Assembly (NCBI RefSeq): GCF_963921235.1
Contig: NC_086108.1
Span: 10,168,001-10,232,000, forward strand
Reading direction: 5' to 3'
From: Mobula hypostoma
Lineage: Eukaryota
Length of the DNA stretch: 64,000 nucleotides
Shown: in pieces, positions 1-12,430 of the stretch
Position numbering within the stretch: position 1 is the stretch's first letter
Layout: the number at the start of each line of letters is the position of its first letter
The notes under the pieces: generated by a model
The model's database searches: none
Told to the model about the DNA's origin: nothing
The model's input: only the letters and a program-made list of their open reading frames with translations
Made by a program: the position numbers and the translations under genes

Positions 1-116
1 CGGAGGAAACCCACGTGGTCACGGGGAGAACGTACAAACTCCTTACAGACAGCGGCGGGAATTGAACCAGGGTCACCTGTACTGTAAAGCGTTGTGCTAA
101 CCACTACGCTATTGCG
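1..116 (-). mobile_element. tRNA-derived SINE, 5' part (continues past window start)
   Basis: Minus strand GGCGCAATAGCGTAGTGGTTAGC (box A) ... GGTTCAATTCC (box B) ... GGAGTTTGTACGTTCTCCCCGTG; related copies at ~21785-21900 and ~62270-62360. Confidence 0.75.
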
Positions 117-607
117 CCAAAGGACATGGGACAGTACATCACAGCACAGTACAGGTCCTTTGGCCCACGATGTTGTGGCAACCCTTGAACCTACTCTGAG
201 ATCAAATGAAACCTTCCCTCCCACATAGCCCCCCCGCTTTACTCACCCCTCTCAAATGAAATACGTTTCCTATGTTGCTACCTCATGTTCACAAGCTTCT
301 ACTCCAGCTGACTAAACTGTTCACTGAATCTCCATTTTCATAAATAAAGCAGCATTTAAAAGTACCTAATTAATTTAGCCTGCAATTCTCAGAAGAGATC
401 GCTGATTAGTGAGAGCGGTAAAGTACCCTGTAATTGTGTCCTCCCACACTTTGATGCTCTGCCAGTTACAAGGTTTTCATTGCTTGCAGGATATTTCTGG
501 ATGTTGCAGCTTCTGAGGGCTGCCTGCAGCCAGAGGGCTTGGGAGGCCCGTGTGGGGATGGTGTTGTGGACTTACCCACCGAGGAAGGCTAAACCAGATT
601 TCCAATT

Positions 608-1225
608 GAGGTTTGATAAGGCATTGGTCAGATGGCACTTGGAGTATTGTGAGCAGTTTTGGGCCCCTTGTTGAAGCAAAGACGTGCTGCCACTTGAGAG
701 GGTCCAGGGGTGGTTCATAAGAATGATCCAGGGAATGAAACAGTTAACGTATCAGGAGTGTTTGAAGGCTCTGGACCTGCAGCTTAGAAGAATAACGGGG
801 AAACCTACCAAATATTGAAAGGCTAAGATAAAGTGGGTGTAGAGATAATGTTTCCTATAGTGGGGGAGTCTGGGATCAGAGGGCACAACTTCACCACAGA
901 AAAGGGATTCCCAATAATTTTTATGCCATGGACCTACACCATTAACCAAGGGATCCGTGGAGCTCGGGTTGGGAACACCTGGAATGGAGGGAATTCTATT
1001 CAGAACAGAGAAGAGGAGGAATTTCTTTAGACAGACGGTGGTGAATCTGTGGAATTTGTTGCCACAGACAGCTGTGGAGGCCAAGTTATTGGGTATACTT
1101 AAAGTGGAGGTTGATAGGTTCTTAGGTTGATAGGTTACGGAGAGAAGGCAGGAGAATGGGGTTGAGAAGGATAATAAATCAGCCATGATGGAATAGCGGA
1201 GCAGACCTGACAGGACGAATGTCCC
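608..1225 (+). mobile_element. CR1-clade LINE 3' fragment
   Basis: LVRWHLEYCEQFWAP motif and the CR1 3' tail repeated many times in the window. Confidence 0.75.
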
Positions 1226-1491
1226 CAGCACATCCTCAAGTGAGCTTGTTATTAACACAAATGACACATTTCACCAAATGTCTTGATGCACAATAAATTT
1301 ATATTTGAATCGGAATTCGAATTTCAACTGTCGATGTTCCGGCTGAGACCCTTCATCGGGAATGGAAAGGAAAGGGGCAGATATTAGAAGGGCAAACACG
1401 AGGAAATCTGCAGATGCTGGAATTTCAAGCAACACACATAAAAATTGCTGGTGAACGCAGCAGGCCAGGCAGCATCTCTCGGAAGAGGTAC

Positions 1492-1527
1492 AGTTGACGT
1501 TTCAGGCCGAGACCCTTCGTCAGGACT
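1492..1527 (-). ncRNA. Minimal type I hammerhead ribozyme (PLE), one helix I mismatch
   Basis: Minus strand AGTC-CTGACGA-AGGGTCTCGGCCT-GAAAC-GTC-AACT. Confidence 0.65.
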
Positions 1528-1822
1528 AACTGAAGGAAGAGTGAGTAAGGGATTTGAAAGTGGGAGGGGGAGGGGGAGATCCAAAATGATAGGAGAAGAC
1601 AGGAGGGGGAGGGATGGAGCCAAGAGCTGGACAGGTGATAGGCAAAAGGGGATACGAGAGGATCATGGGACAGGAGGTCCGGGAAGAAAGACAAGGGGGG
1701 GGGTGACCCAGAGGATGGGCAAGAGGTATATTCAGAGGGACAGAGGGAGAAAAAGGAGAGTGAGAGAAAGAATGTGTGTATAAAAATAAGTAACAGCTGG
1801 GGTACGAGGGGGAGGTGGGGCC

Positions 1823-2045
1823 TTAGCGGAAGTTAGAGAAGTCGATGTTCATGCCATCAGGTTGGAGGCTACCCAGACGGAATATAAAGTGTTGTTCCTC
1901 CAACCTGAGTGTGGCTTCATCTTTACAGTAGAGGAGGCCGTGGATAGACATGTCAGAATGGGAATGGGATGTGGAATTAAAATGTGTGGCCACTGGGAGA
2001 TCCTGCTTTCTCTGGCGGACAGAGCGTAGGTGTTCAGCAAAACGA
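1823..2045 (-). pseudogene. Penelope GIY-YIG endonuclease C-terminal fragment
   Basis: RFAEHLRSVRQRKQDLPVATHFNSTSHSHSDMSIHGL...LEEQHFIFRLGSLQPDGMNIDF; the preceding CGLLYIGETRRRLGDRF segment lies inverted on + at ~2045-2095. Confidence 0.85.
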
Positions 2046-2321
2046 TGTGGCCTTCTATATATTGGCGAGACCCGACGCAGACTGGGAGATCGTTTCTCCA
2101 TCTGTCCCTCTCACTATACCCCTTGCCCATCCTCTGGGTCCCCCCCCCCCACCGCTTGTCTTTCTTCCCGGACCTCCTGTCCCATGATCCTCTCGTATCC
2201 CTTTTGCCAATCACCTGTCCAGCTCTTGGCTCCATCCCTCCCCCTCCTGTCTTCTCCTATCATTTTGGATCTCCCCCTCCCCCTCCAGCTTTCAAATCCC
2301 TTACTCACTCTTCCTTCAGTT

Positions 2322-2357
2322 AGTCCTGACGAAGGGTCTCGGCCTGAAACGTCGACT
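2322..2357 (+). ncRNA. Minimal type I hammerhead ribozyme (PLE pseudo-LTR)
   Basis: AGTC-CTGACGA-AGG(GTCTCGG)CCT-GAAAC-GTC^-GACT: intact CUGANGA and GAAA core, helix I AGTC/GACT, helix II AGG/CCT, loopless palindromic ACGT helix III. Confidence 0.8.
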
Positions 2358-3758
2358 GTACCTCTTCCTAGAGATGCTGCCTGGCCTGCTGCGTTCACCA
2401 GCAACTTTTATGTGTGTTGCTAGATATTAGAAGGGTCTCAGACTGAAACGTGGGCTGTTCATTCCCCTCCATAGATGCAGCCTGACCTGCTGAGTTCCTC
2501 CAGCATTTTGTGTGTGTTGCTCTGCATCTTCAGCATCTACAGAATTTCTCATGCCTTTAGGAAATGTCTCTGGCTGCCGGCTGCAGTGAACACACCACTA
2601 ATAGTGCTTTATATCCTCACCATAGCGATTTGAAAGTGGCTCTGGGGGAAGTGTTGGATCTTTGTAAAGGCTGTGTCTACGCTTCCTTACTGTCTGCACC
2701 TTACACCCAGATTGAAATCAGCCAGTGGAGAGAATGGGGCAATAACCAAAAGCAGTAAAGATCAGCCGCTCGAGGTAACACACCTCTCTCCAGTGGAGGA
2801 AGGGGAATTGGTCAGTGATGGAGGGAATGTAGAGAAGGCAGTCCCACCAGCATTTTGTGTGTGGCAGGTTCTTGTTGTGAATTGTGACCTGTTTGGTGCC
2901 GGAGGATTCCAACGTCCTGGCTCACACCAGGAGAGACTTTGGATAGTTGCTGAGGAGTTATTCCTCCTCTGTTGTGTGGTCTGATCCTGATTCTTCAGCC
3001 AGAGGGTGATGTATCTGTGGAATTCATTGCCACTGACAGCTGTAGAGGCCAAATCATTGGGTATATTTTAAATGGAGGTTAATAGGTTCTGGATTAATCA
3101 GGACATCAAAGGTAATGAGGAGAAGGCAGAAGAATGGGGATGAGAGGGTTAATAAATCAGCCACGATGGAATGACAGAACAGACTTGAAGGGCTGAATGG
3201 CCTAGTTCTGCCTCTCTCTGCCTTATGGTCTTATTATAGTAGTTGCCAGTTCCTGAATCAGAACAGGCAGATTTACAAGCTGCACACCCAGTACTCGGTT
3301 TGAACACTGTCAGATGATTTAATTATCCCTGAGATGTGCAGTGGGGATGCTTACTGCCCATTACCTGCTCTGAAGGTGACAGCAGATCACCTTGACCAGC
3401 TACCACCTGCCCCTACTGCCGTAATTTCCCTTGGCCGATCAGCAGAAGATTCATTATTTCACACATTTGCTCATTGCCATTCAGTGCACTGTGTGCTCAA
3501 AGTTCCACTACTGCAGGGAGTGTGCTGGCTTCATCCAGGTAGGGGGCGCTGATGCAGTCTTCGATTGGCACAGTCTCCACTCATTTGATCTTTGACGCAG
3601 TCAGTATACCACTGCAGGAGGTCAGTGGAGGCAGTCAGGTGGTTCTTCCGTGACACTGCAGGACACGAAGGAACTTTGCAAAACACAAATTAGGAACAAG
3701 AATGACTAATGTTACATCTGGAGCCATGGGAGCGCAGAGCAAAGGTCAGGAAAGGACA

Positions 3759-3760
<2 letters not shown>

Positions 3761-3797
<37 letters not shown>
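3761..3797. repeat. (AG)n microsatellite
   Basis: Perfect AG run. Confidence 0.95.
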
Positions 3798-3801
<4 letters not shown>

Positions 3802-4378
3802 TTCCAAAACACAAGAGATTCTGCAGATGCTGGAAATGATGAGGCACACTCACATGGCATCAGGCAGGAAGTACAAGAGCCTCAGGACTCACACCATCAG
3901 GTTCAGGAACAATTATTACCCTTCAACTATCAGGCTCACGTGCCAGTGGGAATAACTTCACTCACTAGGACCCTGAACTGAACTACAGAATCACTTTCAA
4001 GGACTTTTCATTTCATGTTCTTGATATTTAGTGCTTATTTATTTCTTATTTTTCTTTTTCTTTTTGTATTTGCATAGTTTGTTCTCTCATGTACATTGTC
4101 CGTCTTGTTGTGTGCAGTCTTTCATTGATTCCATTGTGCTTCCTTGTATTTGCTGTGAATGCCACCAAGAGAATGAATGGAGTCTTCAGTGACAGATCGA
4201 TCCTCTCAAACTCACAATGAGATATAGCTGCTGTTCTGCCTTCTTCGTATTTGCAACAATACGTTGAGCCTGGGATGGATCTTTAGAAATGTTGTCACCC
4301 AGGAATCTGCTGGTCCCTCAGTGAGGACTGATCTGTGTTCCGCAATCTCCCCTGCTTGAAGTCCACAATCAACTCCTT

Positions 4379-5117
4379 CAGCGGTCCCCAACCACCGGGC
4401 CGCAAAGCATGTGCTACTGGGCCGTGAGGAAACGATACGAGTCAGCTGCACCTTTCCTCATTCCCTGTCACGCACTGTTGAACTTGAACATAGGGTTGCC
4501 AACTGTCCCGTATTTGCCGGGACATCCCGTATATTGGTCTAAATTGGTTTGTCCTGTATTTCCCCTGCTAAGGTAAAGCGTTCCAATGAAACCTTTTGTG
4601 CCGAAATGGCATAAAGCAAAGAAACAATTACCATTAATTTATATAGGAAAAATTTTTGAGCGTTCCCAGACCCAAAAAATAACCTAACAAATCATACCAA
4701 ATAACACATAAACCAAAAATAAATAACACTAACATATAGTAAAAGCAGGAATGCTATGATAAATACACAGCCTATATAAAGTAGAAATAATGTATGTACA
4801 GTATAGTTGGGAAGATGAAGGCAAAACCGATTTGTGGGGAAAAAAAATCGGCACGTACGCGTATGCGCACATAGGTGCCCACGCAAGGCTTCATGGTCAT
4901 GGTAGTCTTTCCTGGGGTAAAGTGTCCCGGGATTTGACTGCTACTTTTGTCCCATATCTGGGAGTGAGAAAGTTGGCAACCCTAACTGTAAAATACATGT
5001 TGAGGTGAGTTTAACCCTACTTGAACAGCTACCCCCCGCCACCCCAGGTCGGCCGATCCGCAAGAATACTATCAATAATAAACCGGTCCGCGGTGCAAAA
5101 AAGGTTGGGCACCCCTG
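4379..5117. mobile_element. Non-autonomous hAT (Charlie-like) element
   Basis: Termini CAGCGGTCCCCAACC ... GGTTGGGCACCCCTG; no clear TSD. Confidence 0.65.
4491..5019. mobile_element. Nested non-autonomous hAT-type element
   Basis: TIR TAGGGTTGCCAACT (4491) / AGTTGGCAACCCTA (ends 4984); 8-bp TSD CTTGAACA at 4483-4490 and 5020-5027. Confidence 0.75.
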
Positions 5118-5371
5118 ATCTTACTGACGCTGAGTGCAAGATTTAAAGTTTTCTGGAAGATTGTCCCCTGTAGCAGGTCCCTGCTGCAACTGTGGCCTGC
5201 CTGAAGTTCAAGGTCAAGTTTAGTTGTCATTCAACTATACATGACTATCCATGACTGCAACCAAACAAAGCAGTGTTACTCCAGGGCCAAGGTGCTAAAC
5301 ACAACACCAACAGTCACACACAGCACAAGGCACATATAGCACATCTAAGATAGAAAACACATACAAGATAT

Positions 5372-5745
5372 CAATGATAAGAGATACATCCCTGAAAGAA
5401 GTGACTTCCTTTGCCTAACTTGGAAGCATTGATTTTATATATGCTGGAACAGATGAGGATGTCAAAATCAGGATGCAAATATGTAAACGGAAGTGGAAGT
5501 GGATCGGGGAAGCCAACCAACAACAGCACCAGGCAGGTATTAACATGGAATCCCCGGGGGAAGTGGGAAAAAGGCATGACTGAAGAACACATGGAAAAGA
5601 GACGTCGAGGCTGAAATTAGACAAGGGGACGCTCCTGGTCTGCCCCTGAGAAACTGACTGAGGCCAGAGGACGATGGAGAAGGGAGGTCGTCAATGGCCT
5701 CTGCTCTACTCGGAGCTAAGGGCCCAGGTAGAAAAGGAAGAAGAA
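5372..5745 (+). mobile_element. RTE-clade LINE 3' fragment, internally deleted
   Basis: KPTNNSTRQVLTWNPRGK motif typical of RTE C-termini; GAA-rich tail. Confidence 0.6.
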
Positions 5746-5935
5746 AATACAGTCACAAAAACAAGTCAACAGTGCTGGATACTCCTCTTCAAGCCAAACT
5801 CCCTGCTGCTGTCAAGTAAACATGATGATTAACAGAACATCTGAGCTTCCTTTCACCTGACTTTGCCCACTTCCATTTTGAGATGAATATTGTTCTCTCA
5901 CCTCCCTTTTAGGAAGCTCCGTCTATCTCTCATCT

Positions 5936-6480
5936 AGCACCTCCACTCCATCGGAGAAAAGTAAAACTACCCAGTGGTCGAACATTTTGATTCTGAATCG
6001 CATTCCCATTCTGAGGTGTTGATCCATGGCCTCCTCAAGATGAGGCCACGCTCAGGTTGGAGGAGCGACTCCTTACAATCCATCTGGGTACCCTCCAACC
6101 TGATGGCATGAATATTAATTTCTCCTTCCACTAAAAAAATCCCCCCCTTTCCTCTTCCTCTATTCCCCACTCTGGTCTCTTACCTCTTCTCACCTGCCTA
6201 TCACTTCCCCTTTATCTCCTTCTCCTTCCCTTTCTCCTATGGTCCACTCTCCTCTCCTGTCAGATTTCTTCCTCTCCAGCCTTTGACCTTTCCCACCCAC
6301 CTGGTTTCACCTATCACCTTCTAGCTAGTCCTTCCCCTTCCTCCACCTTCTTATTATGGCATCCTCCACCTTCCTTTCCAGTCCTGAAGAAGGGTCTTGG
6401 CCCAAAATGTCAACTGTTTATGTATTTCTAGAGATGCTGCCTGACCTGCTGTGTTCCTCCAGCATTCTGTGTGGGTTGCT
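5936..6480 (+). mobile_element. Penelope 3' fragment (GIY-YIG end plus pseudo-LTR, decayed hammerhead at ~6380-6416)
   Basis: Homologous to the element at 1393-2421; CCTGAAGAAGGGTCTTGGCCCAAAATGTCAACTG. Confidence 0.75.
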
Positions 6481-9420
6481 TCATCTCTTCCTCAGTTTAT
6501 TGGAAGTCCTACATTGGACCATGTTGTGATAGCAGAACGATATCCAGATAACCTGCCTTCCTTCCACTGATGGAAGTTATTAAACTTCAGAAAACAAGAG
6601 CCATCTGGAACAGAATTCCTAATTTCAATCTAATTTCTTAATTTAACACTTGGTTAAGCAGACGGGAAGGCAGAGCCATTAAACTGCAGAAAAAATTCTT
6701 CACACCTTCAGTGAAGACATCTTCTGTTGTTGTTTTAATACTTTGACAGGATTGAAGATAAATAATAATTCCGCACTAGTTCAGGAACCATCGCACAACC
6801 AGGTCTTCGCTGTTTTCAAGATTTAAAGTTTGAAAGTACATTAATTATCAAAGATTGTATAAATTATACAACCTTGAGATTTGTCTGCTTACAGCAGCTG
6901 CAAAGCAAGAAACTCGAAAGAACCCAATTAAAAAATAATAATGACCAACTCCCAATGTGCAGAGAAAGAGGAAAAACAACAGAAATCATGTAAACTGTAG
7001 AAGCAAGCAGCAACAACATTCCGAACCAAATTGACCCCTTGGATCCAAATCCACGGAGCAGCCTGGAGCAGGCCCAAAGCCTCGGTCTCAGTTCATCAGA
7101 TTAGCCAGGTAAATCACCGTGAAGCTCGCAGACACCAAACCCAGCAGCTGGGGCAGTCTCACAGCCTCAGCGTCACGGAGAGAGGAGTGAACATCGCGGG
7201 GGCAGTGAGCGAAATCGGACCGACTCTCGACACCCTCCCTATCTGGGCCGGCGTTTAAATTGGTCAGTCAGTAGATCAAACCTCATGTTAGGACTTGGCT
7301 TCCACCGCACCGAATCGCTCTGGGCCGAGAACACATCACCACCAATTCATTTTGGGCCTACACTTTTTTGCTGCCAAAGAAGCCGTTCTCAACCTCTCCA
7401 AGTTGGCTCAGTGCTTAGAGCAATCGACCCTTGCACCCGGGTTAGTTGGATGGACATCAGAGCTCCTCTGCCTCAACTTCTCCTCTCTGAATCACTTACT
7501 GATGATATTTCATTTCTTTTCCCACTCGGCCATTTGAGGTCTATGTCCTTACCTCTCCTAATTCAGATTCTTGATTAGTTAGGGCATGAAGGGATTATGC
7601 GGAGAAGGCAGAAGACTGGGACTGAGAGGGGAAATAGATCAGCCATGATGAAATGGTGGAGCAGACTTGATGGCCAAAACCCTCTCTGGCTAAAGAAATT
7701 TCTCCACTTCTCTGTTCTAAATAAAATCCTTATATTCTAAGGTTGTAGCCTCTGGCCCTAGACTACCCCAGTATAGGAAACACCTTTCCACTTCTCTCTA
7801 TTTATGGTATAGAGGGAGTCCATTTTGCCCATTGACCACAAAATGCAGCAACTTAAGTCACGTGATTCCACTGTTCTTGATCTGGGAATGTGGTGCGTCA
7901 TCCAGGCTGGAGTCAGTGCTGCCCCCTAGTGTTTGCTTGGCAGAAGTCAAGTTGTTTTGTGGTCGACTGCAGATTTCTGCAGCATTCATGGACTCAGGAT
8001 CTGGATTATTTTGTTTTGCGTGGCTGTATTTTACTGATATCTTACTCATGCTTGCTATCTTGTATGTTCTATGTGGGCTTTGTGCTGTGTGAGACAGATG
8101 CCTTGCCTGAAGCGTCGCAGGAGATTGAAACATCGAGTGCGCGAGCGTAGTTGTCAGAGGCTTCTGCACTCGAGCAATCTCTCTCTCTCTGCCCTTCTCT
8201 CTCGATGGTGAGTAAGAATCTACGGTTCTCGAGTCGGGGCAATAGCAAGATGTTGGTCTCCTCTCTCGCTGTGGCAGGAGTGACACCTCCCTCTCTCTCT
8301 CTTGTCAGCAAAAGACAGAAGCCTGTAGCGGGTCGAACTGTTTGGTGAACAGTGGTTTTCAATGGACTGTAGATCGTGGCATCTCTTTAGGGCTTTGCGG
8401 CTGCTTGCATGGTGGGTGGGGGGTTTACTGGAGCAAGTGGGGGCAGGGCAGGGGGACGGGAGAGTTGTGTGTTCTTGCACCAAACTGCTTGTGTGTGGGA
8501 GGGGGAGGGGCCTTTGGGGTTCTAACGTTTTTCTGTCTTTCATTCTTTGCTTCCCCCCCCCCCCGTTTTATGGATGTCTGTGAAGAGTAAGAATTTCAGG
8601 TTGCATACCAAATGCATTCTTTGGTATTAAATTGAACCATTGAAGCATCGGTATTTTGTTTTACTTCTTGGCTCTGGAGTAACACTGTCTCGTTTGGCTG
8701 TATTCATGAGTATTCATGTGTGGTTGCATGACAATTAAACTTGAATTGAACTAAATTGAATTGTGTGTTCATGCACCAAGCCAATATCTAGACAAAACCC
8801 AATCATACTGATGGTATCTGCCTCCTTCATCCCTTCAGGCATTGAGTCCGAGATAATTATCAGTGTTCAAAGTAAATTTATAACCAAAGTACAGATATGT
8901 CACCATGATCAACTCCGGGATTCATTTTCCTGAAGGCATTCCCAGTTGAACAGAGAAATACAATAGAATTTATGAAAAACTATACATAAACAACGACTGA
9001 CAAATAATGTGCAAAGGAAGACAAATTATGCAAATAAATAAATAAATAATGAACACGAGTTACAGAGTCTGCGAAAGTGAGTCTGTAGTTTGTGGAATCA
9101 GTTCAGTGTTGAAGTGATTTAATTAAGTTATCCACACCGGTTCAGAAGCCTAATAGTTGAAGGGTAATAATTGGGTTTCAGCCCGAAACATCGACTGTTT
9201 ATTCATTTCCATAGTTGTTGCCTGCCCTGGTGAGATCCTCCAGCGTTTTGCATGTATTACTTTGGATTTCCAGCACTGCAGAATCTCCTGTGTTTATGAA
9301 TAACCTCTAATCAGCATTTGGATGAAAAGATCCTTTTCTCAAAGATTTGGGATGTAGATTTTTTTTTGTTTTAGTGATACAGCATGGTGACAGGCTGTTC
9401 CAGTTCAACAAGCCCACATT

Positions 9421-9616
9421 GTCCCATTACACCCATTAGTCCATTAGTCCTTCCATGGACTCTGTCTACACTTCCCATTATACCCATGTTGTCCCAGTAC
9501 ACCCATTAGTCCATTAGACCTTCCGTGGACTCTGTCTACACTTCCCATTATACCGATGTTGTTCCAGTACACCCATTAGTCCATTAGTCCTTCTGTGGAC
9601 TCTGTCTACACTTCCC
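9421..9616. repeat. 70-bp minisatellite, ~2.8 copies
   Basis: Units start at 9421, 9491 and 9561 (GTCCCATTACACCCATTAGTCCATTAGTCC...). Confidence 0.9.
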
Positions 9617-10159
9617 GCTCCGTCATTAAAGCAGCCAGCATCATCAGTTCCCACCCCTGTCTATAAGGAGTTTATATGTTCTTTCTTGACCCTATGGCTT
9701 TCCTCCAGAAGCTTTGGTTTTCTCCCACAGACCGAAGACCTACCGGTTAAGAGGCTAATTGGTCATTGCAAATTGTCCCATGATTAAACTAGGGTTAAGT
9801 CAAGTGATTGTTGGATGTTGTGGTTCCAAGGGTTGGAACAACCTAGTCTGTGCTATTATCTCAAGTAAATAAATAAACAGACAAAAAGACCCCATCTACC
9901 CCAAACGTTCTCTGTCTCTCCTCTCCCATTGGGTAGAAGATACAAAAGACTGAATGACCATACCAAGGGCTCAGGGACTTGCCCACTGGTTTACTCCTGA
10001 ACCACTATATTCACATTTAATGATCTTCAATCTTCAATCTCGACACTCAATGAACTGCAGATGCTGGGATCTGGAACAACACATCAGACGCTGGAGGAAC
10101 TCAGTGGGGTAGGCAGTATTTCTCGAGGGAAATGGACAGTGGATATTTTGTGTCTGAAC

Positions 10160-10830
10160 CGAGTAATCACATTTTCAAGTTTTCCAACGACACGACGATG
10201 GTGGGGCTCATCACCAGCAACAATGAGACGGCCCACAGAGAGGAGTTGGAAGAGCTCAATGCCTGGTACCAGGAAAATAACCTCTTCCTCAATGTCAACA
10301 AGACAAATGAGATGGTTGTTGACTTCAGGAGGATTTGCACCACTCACACTCCCCTTTACATCGGCAGCAAAGCAGTGGAAAATGCAAGGACCTTCAAACT
10401 CCAGGGAGTGTACATCTTGTACAAGCTCTCATGGTCCCAGAACACATCCTACAGAGTCAAGAAAGCTCATCATGCCTCCTACTTTCTGAGGAGGCTGACG
10501 AGAGCTGGACTTTACACATCTATACTCATGTCGTTTTAAATAGGTGCAGTAGAGAGCATCCTAACAAGCTGCGTCACTGCACGGTATGGAAACTGTACTA
10601 CAGCAGACAGGAAGGCTCGACAACAGGTAGTCAAAACTGCCCAATGCACCACCATCAAGGACGTAGGTGCAAAGAAGTGCTGGGAAAGGGCCAGTAACAT
10701 CATGAAGGATCCACTCTGTTTATGGACTTTGTCCCACACCCATCAGGGAGGAGGCTACGTAGCATCCACACCAGGACCACCAGACTTGAAAACAGTTACT
10801 CTCCCCAAGCAGTAAGGCTGATCAACACCT
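10160..10830 (+). mobile_element. Rex1/Babar-type LINE RT 3' fragment
   Basis: KFSNDTTMVGLITSNNETAHREELEELNAWYQENNLFLNVNKTNEMVVDFRR. Confidence 0.8.
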
Positions 10831-12009
10831 CCATCCAATAACCCACCCTCCACATCCCCAACCACCACTACGTAATCACCTCCTGTCAGAATCAATTCAT
10901 GTATAGACACTCCTGTGCCTAGCGTCACTTTATGGACATACAATCAATCTATATACATAAGCTAGCTTATGTCTTTATATTTTAATTATTTTTTATTATT
11001 ATGTTCTTTGTATTATTGTGCTGTGTCAGATTCAGAGTAACAACAGTCCTACTCATCTATCACCTTGTTATCATCCTTCTCTTCTCCTCATCTTTTTATT
11101 CTGAACTTCATAGTTCAAAGTTCAAAGTAAAATTTATTATCAGAGTAAATATATGTCATCACATACAACCCTGAGATTATTTTTTTCTGCGGGCATACTC
11201 AGCAAATCTATAGAATAGTAACTATAACAGGATCAATGAAAGATCAACCAGAGTGCAGAAGACAGCAAACTGTAAATGCAAATATAAATAAATAGCGATA
11301 AATGGCGAGGACATGACATAATGCGATAAAGAGTCCTTAAAGTGAGATCATTGGTTGTGGTAACATTTCAATGGATTGGCAAGTGAGTGGAGTTATTCCC
11401 TTTTGTTCAAGAGCCTGATAGGTGAGGGTAGTAACTGTCCCTGAACCTGGTGGTGCAAGTCCTGAGGCTCTTGTATCTTCTGCCTGACGGCAGCAGCGAG
11501 AGAAGAGCATGTTCAGGATGCTGGTGATCTCTGACGATGGATGCTGCTTTCCTGTGACAACATTTCATGTAGATGTGTTCAATGGTTGGGAAGGCTTCAC
11601 TGGGCTGAATTCACTACCTTTTGTAAGATTTTTCGTTCAAAGGCAGTGGTGTATCCATACCAGGCTGTAATGTGGCCAGTCAATACAATCTCCACTACGC
11701 ATCCATAGAAGTTTAAGAGTTTTTGATGATGTCTTCCCCCGTCCTTTCCAGCCCTGAAAAGTCAACTGTTTATTCATTTCCATAGATGACGACAGACCTG
11801 CTGAGTTCCTCCAGCATCTTATGTGTGATGCTAACAATTATTTCATACCCCTTTACATTGTGACATTATCCAATCTTGAATCTTGATCCTTGAATCCCTC
11901 TGAGTTCCTGTAACAGCTGTTCTTTCAGTCCCATCTTCAGCTGCTGCTGAATGTTTCTGATGAAGGGTCTTAGCCCGAAATGCCAACTGTTTATTCCCCT
12001 TCTCAGCCG

Positions 12010-12430
12010 CTTTCCTCCAAGAGGACGACAACCTTGCCATGGTTTGGAGACTTACATACCCCTATGACCCGGAGAGTGATGTTGGCTCGAGTCAGCGCTT
12101 TATGCCTAAGTTTTTGTTAGGGTCACCCATGCCAAACAGGTCAAAGCGTAGAAGCCAGGCTGAAAGTGGTCCACCGGTCCTCTAGGTTTGGAGGTTCAAC
12201 TCAGGGCTAACAACCCTGACTAGCCAAAGAAAATTGTTATGGAAACAGCAATGAAGAATCGTTCCACATCCGAATGTGATGGTATTCCTGAGTCTCCACC
12301 TGGGACTTGTATGACTGACAGTAGAGAAAACCAAGAGGAAGTGACTGACACGATGAAGGAAGCCCACCAGAGATGGAGGACCTTCATTGCTGCCCCGATT
12401 GCCAGTGATGTAATGGGCTGTAAGTTAAGT
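12010..12430 (+). mobile_element. Short non-autonomous retroelement, probably RTE-derived
   Basis: Second copy at ~54085-54415; TAAG-repeat tail. Confidence 0.5.

Larger units (their letters stand above)
1393..2421. mobile_element. Penelope-like element (PLE) insertion with inverted pseudo-LTR arms
   Basis: Arms ~1430-1750 and ~2100-2420 are inverted copies; 14-bp TSD AGATATTAGAAGGG at 1379-1392 and 2422-2435; GIY-YIG C-terminus inside. Confidence 0.9.
1342..3070 (+). repeat. Local duplication, copy 1 (PLE-filled)
   Basis: 1342-1392 plus 2436-3070 align with high identity to 20096-20790. Confidence 0.9.

Noticed and set aside
2564..2984. ORFs in the duplicated segment as paralogous exons
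   Set aside because: Stops in all frames, no recognisable protein, and indels differ between the copies.
9421..9616. CRISPR-like array
   Set aside because: No unique spacers, eukaryotic context; a plain tandem repeat.
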